Shown: piece by piece, positions 24,858-33,617 of the stretch
Numbering within the stretch: the stretch's first letter is position 1
Layout: each line of letters begins with the position of its first letter
Origin: a virus
Length of the DNA stretch: 64,000 nt
IMG/VR virus record: IMGVR_UViG_3300009151_000034
Location: 85,098 to 149,097 of that record
Reading direction: 5' to 3' (one strand)
Translations under genes and position numbers: made by a program
Notes under the pieces: model-generated
Seen by the model: the letters and a program-made list of their open reading frames with translations, nothing else
Told to the model about the DNA's origin: nothing
The model's database searches: none

Positions 24858-25304
24858 TCAAAAATCTCCTGGTGCTACTTGAGCACATATAATACCATTT
24901 GCACGCCAAGCATCTACAACTCTATTTCTGTCGTCAAATGCAATAAGAGGATTGAAACCGTCTGCCCGAATTTGTTCAAGAAGTTCAATTTTAACAACTG
25001 CATCATCACGATAGTCGCCCTTCTTACGCATATAAAGGTTCTTAGGTGGAAGAACATGATGCCGTAGCCATTGCTCAGTTTTTTCGCGGTAAATTTCTTC
25101 ACGCCCTGAGCAGAACACGATATCCCAACCAGAGTGCCAAAGAGAAACCACAACATCGATAACCGGCTGAATTGGTAAATCATTCTCTACATTTGCATAA
25201 AATGCTTTCCAATTTTTTGGGTTAGATTGAATCCATGAACGGCGATGTTCTAGGTTGGCAATAGTTCCATCTAAATCACAAATTATTGATTTTTTTACGT
25301 GCAT
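24858..25304 (-). CDS. HAD-family polynucleotide 3'-phosphatase (Pnkp phosphatase domain)
   Basis: DLDGTIA, CSGRE, MRKKGDYRDD..K, FDDR. Confidence 0.88.
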   Translation of the reverse strand: MHVKKSIICDLDGTIANLEHRRSWIQSNPKNWKAFYANVENDLPIQPVIDVVVSLWHSGWDIVFCSGREEIYREKTEQWLRHHVLPPKNLYMRKKGDYRDDAVVKIELLEQIRADGFNPLIAFDDRNRVVDAWRANGIICAQVAPGDF

Positions 25305-25326
25305 ATTAAAATCTCCATAATAAAAG

Positions 25327-25524
25327 TTAATCTTTCCAGTTACCGATAGGATCAAAACCAGAATACTCACCTAGAAAATGTTTTTTGGCAATTTCTGCTT
25401 TTTCTTTGGTTTCAAATTCTACTACCTTAGAAAATACTATCTGATCATTTTCAATTTGAGTCATACAAACAAAGAACAAACCACTAGCGGTTTCAAAAAC
25501 ATCAGCGTTACGTTTATCAGCCAT
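25327..25524 (-). CDS. Hypothetical early protein
   Basis: AAGGAG SD, TTGACA..TATATT promoter. Confidence 0.65.
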   Translation of the reverse strand: MADKRNADVFETASGLFFVCMTQIENDQIVFSKVVEFETKEKAEIAKKHFLGEYSGFDPIGNWKD

Positions 25525-25578
25525 GGTATATCTCCTTGATCACATGCATAATATACTACTCAGAAACCTTGGTGTCAA

Positions 25579-26184
25579 CTACTTTTTATTATGATTGACA
25601 ATTTTTTTGCCTGGGGTTCCTAACATGATTTTAGTATGCCATGCCCCACCAATCTTACGCTGATAAGAATGATGTTTATATTCTGGATGTGCCATAATTT
25701 CGGGATCATCGTCTGGTGGCCTTCTAATTTCATCATCTGAATCTAAATGATGATGCACATGATGATATGGAACAATATGCTTGGATAGCTTTTCGCTACC
25801 AACATGTTTTTTCATACTAGCCAATAAATTAGAAGATTGTTCACCATATGCTCTGCCGGTTGTAAGATCAGCAACAACCATTTTACCTGCTGCTCTTTTG
25901 CCTTCTTTTGAACCATCAGAAGCAACCGCAACCAGTTTACGACCATTCTTATCTTTATATAAGACGGCGGCAGTAATTTTTCCGCCTTCTTTTTTAAGTT
26001 TCCACATAGGAATATTTTTCTTCATATCTTCTGTGTCATGAAACCCAGAACCATGAATCCCACCGATTTCTTTATATGACTTATCCAACATATCTTTAAC
26101 ATGCTGGGCGTGTTCTGATTTTCTAGGATCATCGCCTATTAAATTTACAAAACGCTCTGATATGAATTTGGAAAATGAAATCAT
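25579..26184 (-). CDS. Late protein with capsid-targeting-like N-terminus
   Basis: Start MISFSKFISE, GGAG SD, CATAAATA upstream. Confidence 0.7.
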   Translation of the reverse strand: MISFSKFISERFVNLIGDDPRKSEHAQHVKDMLDKSYKEIGGIHGSGFHDTEDMKKNIPMWKLKKEGGKITAAVLYKDKNGRKLVAVASDGSKEGKRAAGKMVVADLTTGRAYGEQSSNLLASMKKHVGSEKLSKHIVPYHHVHHHLDSDDEIRRPPDDDPEIMAHPEYKHHSYQRKIGGAWHTKIMLGTPGKKIVNHNKK

Positions 26185-26216
26185 AAAAATACTCCATAGG
26201 TTTTGAGTATTTATGA

Positions 26217-26435
26217 TTAAAGAGGCTTGAGTTCCCATCGGCGTGATACAATTTGGGTCTCTGTAATCCACCGGCAATCAGAAGGTCCATTTTTACCTTC
26301 CTGAACTGTTTTGATGCAAATTTTATTAGAATGCAGACTTCCGACACCAGCAACTACCCATTCATTCCCAAACTTAGAAATAGCGGTGCGTTCGGTGTTG
26401 CGCGTCGGAAGCCAAACTACGAATTGCTTATGCAT
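26217..26435 (-). CDS. Hypothetical early protein
   Basis: Follows a repeated early-promoter/GGAG cassette. Confidence 0.6.
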   Translation of the reverse strand: MHKQFVVWLPTRNTERTAISKFGNEWVVAGVGSLHSNKICIKTVQEGKNGPSDCRWITETQIVSRRWELKPL

Positions 26436-26596
26436 TAGGTTATCTCCCTCTCTGATAAAAGCATCTTAACAGAATCGGCAGGGTAGTCAAGATTTATTTT
26501 CTATCCAGTCATTAATGCGTATTCCAATCTTACACCCAAGGTATCCAAATCCAATCACAACAACTAGATTGATCCAAGGCATTAAGATATTAAGAA

Positions 26597-26920
26597 TCAC
26601 ACATTCTCCTTGATGACAAAGGTGGTGCCTCGAATGGTGATACGCTGAACGGTATCAAGATTGATCGAACGCCACGCATTGTTCGCCACATCAAAGACAG
26701 GCATAAGATGGGGATTATTGGCCTTACGTGTGACCAAAGCAGCCTTAGAAGACTCAGAGGCATCATCACCCTTCAGAAGAGAGTGACCAGCATGGGTTTG
26801 CACATTCATAGTCCGAAGAGTGCCATCAGCCTTAATAAAGTCCACCCCAATGAAGGTAGAACCAGCAGACTCGATAAGAGCCTTGATGTTTTCACGGCGA
26901 GATTCGATTTGGTTGGTCAT
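26597..26920 (-). CDS. WYL-like/SH3 beta-barrel small protein
   Basis: FIKADGTLRTM..VFDVANNAWRSI. Confidence 0.7.
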   Translation of the reverse strand: MTNQIESRRENIKALIESAGSTFIGVDFIKADGTLRTMNVQTHAGHSLLKGDDASESSKAALVTRKANNPHLMPVFDVANNAWRSINLDTVQRITIRGTTFVIKENV

Positions 26921-26970
26921 TTTAAACTTCCTTGTATATGTTTTTTGTCTATGAAAGAAACTTAGACGGT

Positions 26971-27258
26971 TTAAGCGAGAATGTCAAGCAATTTCTTGCG
27001 TTCTGCCTGAATATAATTTTCAATGAGCCAAGGAGCCAAGGTAGCACGAACTTGGGTTTCTTTGTTATAATCTTTGAATCCAGTGAGGTAGAACCCCATT
27101 GTGCCACAAAAAGTAGCACCCTCATTTTCAATCGTGCTATACGCCATGCTGACCATATAATCCACAAGAGTTTCTTCTGTGAACCGTTCCTTGGCGTGGG
27201 TGTTGACGATGAGAAGAACGCGGGCGACCTGAGCAAAATCGGTTTTATCATAGTTCAT
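26971..27258 (-). CDS. Hypothetical early protein
   Basis: Cassette-associated ORF. Confidence 0.7.
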   Translation of the reverse strand: MNYDKTDFAQVARVLLIVNTHAKERFTEETLVDYMVSMAYSTIENEGATFCGTMGFYLTGFKDYNKETQVRATLAPWLIENYIQAERKKLLDILA

Positions 27259-27317
27259 GGAAACTCTCCGGTGTTGATAAAGGCATCATAGCAGATTTCA
27301 GCCGGTTGTCCAGTGTT

Positions 27318-27656
27318 TTATGGGTTGATTGGAGTATCGTAAAACACAGGAACACCTTGACGCTTGCAGTCCACATTAAGTGAAGTTGCCAGTTTAATCG
27401 CGGATGCCACTTTGGGAGGCACGGTAGTGTATACGTTCCAGGCAGGCACGGCAAGGCCCAAAGACTTGAGGAGTATCACGCGCCAGCGTCCCAATTCATA
27501 GGCATACGCACGCGCTTTGGTGGGTGCGCCATCCACAAGCGCATAGTCAAAAGGTCGGCCATTGCGGGCATCTTCCCACCCGGCTTGGCAATAAGGAACG
27601 CGGGGATCATTTTTTGCCTTGAGACCGTTGCGGTGAGTGCCAGAAACATTTGACAT
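27318..27656 (-). CDS. Hypothetical early protein
   Basis: Cassette-associated ORF. Confidence 0.7.
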   Translation of the reverse strand: MSNVSGTHRNGLKAKNDPRVPYCQAGWEDARNGRPFDYALVDGAPTKARAYAYELGRWRVILLKSLGLAVPAWNVYTTVPPKVASAIKLATSLNVDCKRQGVPVFYDTPINP

Positions 27657-27733
27657 GGTGTGGTATCCCTCAGTGATAACGCTTGGTTGATAAAGACATC
27701 ATACTCGATAGGCGCCGCATAGTCAATAGTTTT

Positions 27734-28099
27734 TTAGGCCCCCAACACTTTTTTTATGGGGTGTTCATTATTATATTTGATACCCCAGCGGAAACAATAA
27801 AAGCCCACATCGTCTTTGCAGTCCATCGCATCCATATCCCATGCGAGGGCGGTGGCGTGATCGATGCCATGGTCGTCCATGAGGGCAGCAATATGCGCCT
27901 CCCATTTAGCCTGGAACACGATCTCGGCTTGCCTCTCTTCCTCAGCGGCACGCTGGGCGGTTTCAATAAACCCATCCCAAGTAGCCTGCAATTCGGCGTC
28001 GGTCATGGCATCATAGTTGAGGCGGAACCGAAACCCATACGCTTCCTTCGACAGATCAGAGATTTCGTTGAGAAGGAATTCGCGGGAGAAAGTGGTCAT
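27734..28099 (-). CDS. Hypothetical early protein
   Basis: Start MTTFSRE, ISDLSKEAYGFR motif, cassette-associated. Confidence 0.75.
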   Translation of the reverse strand: MTTFSREFLLNEISDLSKEAYGFRFRLNYDAMTDAELQATWDGFIETAQRAAEEERQAEIVFQAKWEAHIAALMDDHGIDHATALAWDMDAMDCKDDVGFYCFRWGIKYNNEHPIKKVLGA

Positions 28100-28158
28100 C
28101 TGGTGGTATCCCTCTGTTGATAAAAGCATCATAGCAGAATTATCAGGATAGTCCAGTC

Positions 28159-28359
28159 TTATTTTAGTCCATATTTGATAAAATCCAAAGATGCAAACTC
28201 AGCACCCTCTTCAGATTTCATATAGCGTTCATCCACCTGCACATCATTTTCGAACATGGTGACGATGTAGATCATCTTGGTGGTGTGGGTGTCATAGTCA
28301 CCATAGCAGGCATCTTCGTCATAGGTGTCAACGTCGATCACTGTGCGGCGGTTCGTCAT
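28159..28359 (-). CDS. Hypothetical acidic early protein
   Basis: Cassette-associated ORF. Confidence 0.65.
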   Translation of the reverse strand: MTNRRTVIDVDTYDEDACYGDYDTHTTKMIYIVTMFENDVQVDERYMKSEEGAEFASLDFIKYGLK

Positions 28360-28409
28360 GTGGCTATCTCCTGTCTATGAAAAGAATATAGCGCATTCAC
28401 AAATTAGAG

Positions 28410-28856
28410 TCAAGAATTTTTTTCAGCCTCGACGCAGAATTCTTCACGACTGCCACGGCTCAACTCAGACCAGGGCAAAAAATTGAGCAAAGATTTGGCA
28501 TGAAGAGCACGACCAGCAGTTTCACGGTCAGACATTACCACGATGGTTTTTGAAGAAGTAGGTGCAGGAATGGGCGCAGGAGTAGCCGCAGGCTTGATAG
28601 GTTCCATAATTCGCGCAACAGGAACCGTTGCCACCACAGGCATCACAGCAGTCTCCACCAGAGATGCGCGGAAAGCCTGCATTTCCGCCTTAGTGCGGCG
28701 ATTACGTTTGGTTGCAGTCTTAGCAGTCTTAGCAGTCTTAGCAGTCTTAGCAGTCTTAGCAGTCTTAGCAGAAGTTACAGGAGCCTTAGCTGCCTGCATT
28801 TCAATCTTAGTCCGACGACGCGCACGCTGACCATTGGAAGCAACACCACGAGGCAT
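28410..28856 (-). CDS. Basic histone-H1-like early protein with (KTA)6 repeat
   Basis: Two RRTKxEMQA motifs flanking a 9-nt tandem repeat. Confidence 0.7.
   Translation of the reverse strand: MPRGVASNGQRARRRTKIEMQAAKAPVTSAKTAKTAKTAKTAKTAKTATKRNRRTKAEMQAFRASLVETAVMPVVATVPVARIMEPIKPAATPAPIPAPTSSKTIVVMSDRETAGRALHAKSLLNFLPWSELSRGSREEFCVEAEKNS
28714..28767. repeat. Perfect 9-nt tandem repeat (GCAGTCTTA)x6
   Basis: Directly visible. Confidence 0.95.
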
Positions 28857-28907
28857 GTAGGTATCTCCGTTCTTGATAAAGGCATCTTAGCAGGTTTTGG
28901 GCGAATG

Positions 28908-29171
28908 TCAATCAAAAACTTTGACCACATGAACACCCTCGCAGCGATAAACTACTTCGCCGCGAATCGAAAAGGTATCACCATCCTTAAGGTCATTGCA
29001 AGTCTGAAATTCATCATACAGAGCACAATGCATAGCCTTGCCATTCCTACCGATTGTATCCACATCTCCTTCAGGATGCCGAATGAGCAAAAGAGTGTTG
29101 GTTTCACCCAACCACGTCTTAAGGCCCTTAATGTAATAAGAACCATTTTCTTTGACGAGTTCGTAGTTCAT
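28908..29171 (-). CDS. Hypothetical early protein
   Basis: Cassette-associated ORF. Confidence 0.7.
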   Translation of the reverse strand: MNYELVKENGSYYIKGLKTWLGETNTLLLIRHPEGDVDTIGRNGKAMHCALYDEFQTCNDLKDGDTFSIRGEVVYRCEGVHVVKVFD

Positions 29172-29235
29172 GTCTGTAGGTATCCCTTGTTGGTAGAAGC
29201 ATCATACTCGAAGGCACCGGGATAGTCAAGTCTTT

Positions 29236-29481
29236 CTATTGAGGTTTAGAAAATACCATTCCGATATTTTTTCCCCAATTTTTCGCAACCCACTTCTGCA
29301 ACACGGTTTTGGCGTCAGTGCCTTCAACCCAGACAGCTTTGCCACGCCACATAGAATGCGTGACGCCCATTTTGCCCCGGAAAGCAGGCTTGTCAGACGT
29401 AAGCACTTCGAAATGGTGGCTGCCAAACGCATTACCGTTGGCGATGGTGAAGTTGAAGTGCGCGCGGTTGGTGATGGCCAT
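29236..29481 (-). CDS. Hypothetical early protein
   Basis: Cassette-associated ORF. Confidence 0.7.
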   Translation of the reverse strand: MAITNRAHFNFTIANGNAFGSHHFEVLTSDKPAFRGKMGVTHSMWRGKAVWVEGTDAKTVLQKWVAKNWGKNIGMVFSKPQ

Positions 29482-29550
29482 GACTCAATCTCCTGTTGGT
29501 AGAAGCATCATACTCGAAGGCACAGCATACACAAGTCTTATTTTGTATTA

Positions 29551-29865
29551 TTAGAAATTATAATCGTAAAATTTACGAGGTTTGTCAGCAAGTTTGTAGC
29601 GATTGCCGTTCGAGTCTTGCCAGCGCCCATCTTTATTAAGGCGGATGCGGATGGTGCGATAAGTTTGATTGCTGGTGATAGTCCATTCTTGATCATTCTG
29701 GCGCAAAAAATGCCCAAAGAAACCACCGGGAGCAAAACCAAGTTTATTTTCGGAATTGGAACGAACCGCATCCATCTCACGGATTTCGAGGGTCTTGTCG
29801 CTGACCCTGCGGATGATTTCATAGGGGTTGATATCGCTGTAGCCGGTATGGTTGGCGTAGTTCAT
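29551..29865 (-). CDS. Conserved hypothetical early protein
   Basis: MNYAN..SDINPYEI..KFYDYNF. Confidence 0.75.
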   Translation of the reverse strand: MNYANHTGYSDINPYEIIRRVSDKTLEIREMDAVRSNSENKLGFAPGGFFGHFLRQNDQEWTITSNQTYRTIRIRLNKDGRWQDSNGNRYKLADKPRKFYDYNF

Positions 29866-29921
29866 GTCGTCATCTCCTGTTGGTAGAAGCATCATATCAG
29901 AAACCACAGCATATGCAAGTC

Positions 29922-30116
29922 TTATTTTGTATTATTAATAAGTGCGTCGGTAACAGAGGCGATTTTAGGAATGCATTTGTCGGCGTAATGTTCATTGAGT
30001 TGCGCGCAGTATTCTTCGGCTTGTTTGTATGTGGCGAAGGTTCCCTGGGCGCGGTGTTCGATGGTGCCTTCATGGAGGTCTTCGATGACGAGGCGGATGG
30101 TGTTTTTGAAGCGCAT
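29922..30116 (-). CDS. Hypothetical early protein
   Basis: Start MRFKN; the stop lies in the next cassette. Confidence 0.65.
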   Translation of the reverse strand: MRFKNTIRLVIEDLHEGTIEHRAQGTFATYKQAEEYCAQLNEHYADKCIPKIASVTDALINNTK

Positions 30117-30199
30117 GTCGTGGTATCCCTTGGCTGATGTAAGGATCATATACTAGGTCGTCATCGAGGTCAACACTTATTTTGTATCATTTTATCCTA

Positions 30200-30538
30200 T
30201 TACATCATGGCATCTGCACGTTCACGCTCTGCAATGTAAGGTTCTTCGTCTTGATATGCTTTAGAACCGTAAACAATGCGATCATTCCAGAAATTGAGGT
30301 CAAGTGCTTTTATGCCATCTTTTTCAATTTTATTACGCACTTTGTTAAAAAGAACCTGACAAGCATCATATCCTTCAGCGGTATATGGGAATGCGTGGCG
30401 GTGGGTGTATTCGATACCGTAATCATCATTCACGGTGATACGATAGCAGGGATCATATCGATAGCGGCGTTCACCATCCTCATGATTGACCCAGGTGTTG
30501 ACGATTTCATCTTTGCCGAAGTCTACGACCAATGCCAT
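30200..30538 (-). CDS. Hypothetical early protein
   Basis: Cassette-associated; VYGSKAYQ motif. Confidence 0.75.
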   Translation of the reverse strand: MALVVDFGKDEIVNTWVNHEDGERRYRYDPCYRITVNDDYGIEYTHRHAFPYTAEGYDACQVLFNKVRNKIEKDGIKALDLNFWNDRIVYGSKAYQDEEPYIAERERADAMM

Positions 30539-30604
30539 GTCTTAATCTCCTGTTGGTAGAAGCATCATAGCATCATTCACAGCATACACAAGTCTTATTT
30601 TGTA

Positions 30605-30778
30605 TTAAGATGTTATATTTCCGGTTGAAGGGTCGATCTCATATTCACCACAAAATATCTTATATGGTATCGAACCGTCATCGTTCCGCCATTGAAAATA
30701 ATAGGATTTCTGTGCCTTGGTGAAACTATCAAAAGATTGCTGAATACCGTTGTCATCATGTATCAGATCATACGTCAT
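30605..30778 (-). CDS. Hypothetical early protein (57 aa, not in ORF track)
   Basis: MTYDLIHDDNG.. after a cassette AGGAG. Confidence 0.6.
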   Translation of the reverse strand: MTYDLIHDDNGIQQSFDSFTKAQKSYYFQWRNDDGSIPYKIFCGEYEIDPSTGNITS

Positions 30779-30834
30779 GAATCAATCTCCTGTTTATAGA
30801 AGCATCATATCAGGAACCACAGCATACACAAGTC

Positions 30835-31071
30835 TTATTTTGTATCATTATATTCATAGTTGACTTTAATTTGCCCGATCACTTTAAACAAATCATTAAA
30901 AGCGATTTCTTTTGTATCAAACCCATCGCTGTTGTCTTTATTTGTTTCAATAACGTCAAGCATCTCGTCACGCACTTCCCAATAGAACCTCTTGCCAATC
31001 TGCATCACATTAAACTGCAATTGTATACCTTGAGCCATATCTCTACATTCCTTTACGTATTCACTCAACAC
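30835..31071 (-). CDS. Hypothetical early protein (start uncertain)
   Basis: ORF ending in the cassette (NDTK*). Confidence 0.5.
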   Translation of the reverse strand: MLSEYVKECRDMAQGIQLQFNVMQIGKRFYWEVRDEMLDVIETNKDNSDGFDTKEIAFNDLFKVIGQIKVNYEYNDTK

Positions 31072-31161
31072 CCATATAAGAACACATTATCCACATATTG
31101 TCAAATCATATCATATCAACCCAGCCATGATTTTTTTGCATAGATATATGACATTTCCTCA

Positions 31162-31189
31162 TTGACAGAATTTTGAACCCCTGTATAAT
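31162..31189 (+). promoter_or_regulatory. Sigma70-like promoter
   Basis: TTGACA-N16-TATAAT with extended TG. Confidence 0.75.
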
Positions 31190-31217
31190 AGCTGATGTTA
31201 AACAGGAGTATGCCTAA

Positions 31218-31712
31218 ATGCTAATCGATTTTGACGGTTCACCTAATAAAGTTGATCTAAATGAAATTCATGACGCACTTGAGTTTTATGCAGAAATTTT
31301 GTTGGGCAAACGTCTTTCAAAAAATATCAAGTTGAATGTGACTTTTGTTCCTAACTTGATGAAACGACGCCAGACTGAAGCTGATTGTAATTTTGAAGAT
31401 GAAGATGCAAAAGTTCATCGTGAATTTACCATCAACATCGATTCGGGGTTCAGCCGTCCTAAAACTCTGCAATGTCTGGCTCATGAGATGGTCCATGTCA
31501 AACAAATGTCAAAAGGTGAATTGACTATCGCTTATGTCAAAGGTAGGGGTCATCTCAACCGCTGGAAAAATACCCTTGTTGACGAAAACAAAATCGGATA
31601 TTGGGATGTGCCTTGGGAAATAGAGGCTTATGGAAGGGAGTTGGGTTTATATGTGCGCTACGATCAAGACAAAAAAGAAAAATCCGCCAAAGCCAAAAAA
31701 CTTGGTGGCTAA
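31218..31712 (+). CDS. Zincin-like metallopeptidase-domain protein
   Basis: LAHEMVHVKQ, PWEIEAY. Confidence 0.8.
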   Translation: MLIDFDGSPNKVDLNEIHDALEFYAEILLGKRLSKNIKLNVTFVPNLMKRRQTEADCNFEDEDAKVHREFTINIDSGFSRPKTLQCLAHEMVHVKQMSKGELTIAYVKGRGHLNRWKNTLVDENKIGYWDVPWEIEAYGRELGLYVRYDQDKKEKSAKAKKLGG

Positions 31713-31786
31713 GGTCTTATCGTCACCACTTTTCCGCAAACGTGTTGTGGAATCGAAGGTTATCTATAAAAGAGTTAAGAAGGTAT

Positions 31787-32227
31787 ATGACCACGATGTA
31801 TGAGCCACCTCATTATTTTAATATCTTGGCAAAATTGGCGTCTTCAATGACGAAGGTGGCCAATGCCAGGATTTGCGCTTGCATTGTTCATAAAAACAGT
31901 ATTGCATCGTTTGGAATGAATCAGCTAAAAAGCCACCCGTTCCAGGCAAAATTTAGCACCAACAAAGATTCAATTTTTCTGCACGCTGAAGTTGATGCTA
32001 TTAAAAATGCTCTTAAGTATCTTAGCGTAGACGACCTAAGAAAAAGCACCCTTTATATCTGCCGCATAAAAACGGTAGAAAACAAAGAGTGCTGGGGATT
32101 GTCTAGACCTTGTGAAGGTTGCGCCAGAGCAATTGCTACATTCGATCTTCGTGCGGTGTATTACTCAAACGATTATTCGGCAAAACAGAAGGTGAATTCA
32201 TATCAATCATATAGAGTTGTTTCTTAA
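31787..32227 (+). CDS. Cytidine/dCMP deaminase-like protein
   Basis: LHAEVDA, SRPCEGC. Confidence 0.8.
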   Translation: MTTMYEPPHYFNILAKLASSMTKVANARICACIVHKNSIASFGMNQLKSHPFQAKFSTNKDSIFLHAEVDAIKNALKYLSVDDLRKSTLYICRIKTVENKECWGLSRPCEGCARAIATFDLRAVYYSNDYSAKQKVNSYQSYRVVS

Positions 32228-32375
32228 GTTTTTCTGCTAGTGGTTTGTATTGTGTTTCCGTTCGATCATGCAAAGTTCTATAATCAAATCTTCTTTTATC
32301 ATCGTCCAGATCAATCATGGTCTGGACGAATTTTTGTATGGTATCGAATAGTTCCTCAACTTCTTTAGTATTCAT
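32136..32375 (-). CDS. Hypothetical protein
   Basis: Start MNTKEV; 3' overlap with the convergent deaminase. Confidence 0.5.
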   Translation of the reverse strand: MNTKEVEELFDTIQKFVQTMIDLDDDKRRFDYRTLHDRTETQYKPLAEKLKKQLYMIDMNSPSVLPNNRLSNTPHEDRM

Positions 32376-32721
32376 CTCTGGCTTCCTTAACATCATCATC
32401 ATTTGGTGGTGTGTCAACTATTACATACTGAGCACGTGTATCCATAAAAGGATATGCTTCTAGAATTTTACGGACTTCCATTAATTTTTTAATCGAAGCA
32501 TTGATGCTATTTTGAACCGTGGCATCATTCGTGCCATCTTTAAGATCAGTTAATGCACCGTCTAGATTACTATCAACGCTATAATCTACATGGAATATCA
32601 TACCTTCCGGTGTTGATTCCGTAGAAAAAGGCGGAAAAAGAAGTTGTTCAATTTGAGCTAACTTTTTTTCCGCCTCATTTTTACGTTCTTCAGGAGACTT
32701 CTTTTTTTTCCAAAACCACAT
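32365..32721 (-). CDS. Hypothetical protein
   Basis: Start MWFWKK coupled to the regA stop. Confidence 0.65.
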   Translation of the reverse strand: MWFWKKKKSPEERKNEAEKKLAQIEQLLFPPFSTESTPEGMIFHVDYSVDSNLDGALTDLKDGTNDATVQNSINASIKKLMEVRKILEAYPFMDTRAQYVIVDTPPNDDDVKEARDEY

Positions 32722-33122
32722 TATGTATGTCTCTTTTTTCCTATTGTATATTTTGTTACAAGTTCCCAATCAAATTTTTCTTTGTGGGAAATAATTTTAA
32801 TTTGATTCATGGGAGCTTTAGGTTCTTGGTGCTGCTGTTTGTTGACGATCTGGACTAGATTCCAATCTTCCAACAGTCCTGCAATAGCATTACGTCTGCC
32901 TTTATCTTCTTCGGAAAAATCTGTAGGTTTCCCATCAAGAGCAAAAAGTTCTTTAAAGTGAACGATGAAATAATTTCCTTGTTTATGAAGAATATGGCAA
33001 GATTGGAATATTTTTTTATCTTTGCGTGAAGCTACACCAATTCGTGTCAATGTTTCCTTAACTTTAAGGAAATCTTCTTCACTAGTTAGTTTTACCTCCA
33101 AAAATGTTTCTGTTAGTAGCAT
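32721..33122 (-). CDS. regA: Translational repressor RegA
   Basis: DFLKVKETLTRIG, QSCHILHKQG, VHFKELF. Confidence 0.95.
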   Translation of the reverse strand: MLLTETFLEVKLTSEEDFLKVKETLTRIGVASRKDKKIFQSCHILHKQGNYFIVHFKELFALDGKPTDFSEEDKGRRNAIAGLLEDWNLVQIVNKQQHQEPKAPMNQIKIISHKEKFDWELVTKYTIGKKRHT

Positions 33123-33149
33123 GACTTTTATACCTCATAATGTTCTCCA

Positions 33150-33617
33150 CTACTTGTATTTTATTGGAGATTTGATATCTGGTGATAAAAATTTAGCTAT
33201 GATTTCTGTCTTTTGCTTGTCGGATAAAATCTTCCAGGCAATTTTTGCTTTTGATAACGATAAATCTTCCAGCATAGCTAAACTTTCGATGTATTTATCG
33301 TCTTTGGTTTTTTGCTTCTTTTCCCAATTTTTATAACGGCGATCTTGTGGAAGACTATAAAAATAAAAATCATATTGCATTTTTGGATCGATGCCTGGAT
33401 AAAAATTCATACTCTCGGCAAGATGCAAATATTCTGGGAAGGATGAGATAGCCTTGTTTACGATCCAGGGAACATATTCTTTGGCAGTATCCTCAACATA
33501 CATATAATTCTTATGATTTTTAATTGAGTTGATCATAGTCCATACATCAACCCGTGGTTTAACTTCGATCTTTTCTTCTAGAATTTCTTCTGGTCCAAAC
33601 AAAGTTTCACGGATCAT
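33150..33617 (-). CDS. gp62: Clamp loader small subunit
   Basis: YVPWIVNK..MN..QYDFY; synteny between gp44 and regA. Confidence 0.85.
   Translation of the reverse strand: MIRETLFGPEEILEEKIEVKPRVDVWTMINSIKNHKNYMYVEDTAKEYVPWIVNKAISSFPEYLHLAESMNFYPGIDPKMQYDFYFYSLPQDRRYKNWEKKQKTKDDKYIESLAMLEDLSLSKAKIAWKILSDKQKTEIIAKFLSPDIKSPIKYK

Larger units (their letters stand above)
26440..31100 (-). repeat. Array of ~13 related early promoter-RBS intergenic cassettes, one per gene
   Basis: TTGAC/TGGAC/TTGTG-N17-18-TATGATGCTT(C/T)TA(C/T)CAACAG-GAGAT/GGGATACC, at ~26445, 27270, 27665, 28105, 28365, 28860, 29180, 29487, 29872, 30120, 30544, 30784, plus a looser copy at ~26940. Confidence 0.85.
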
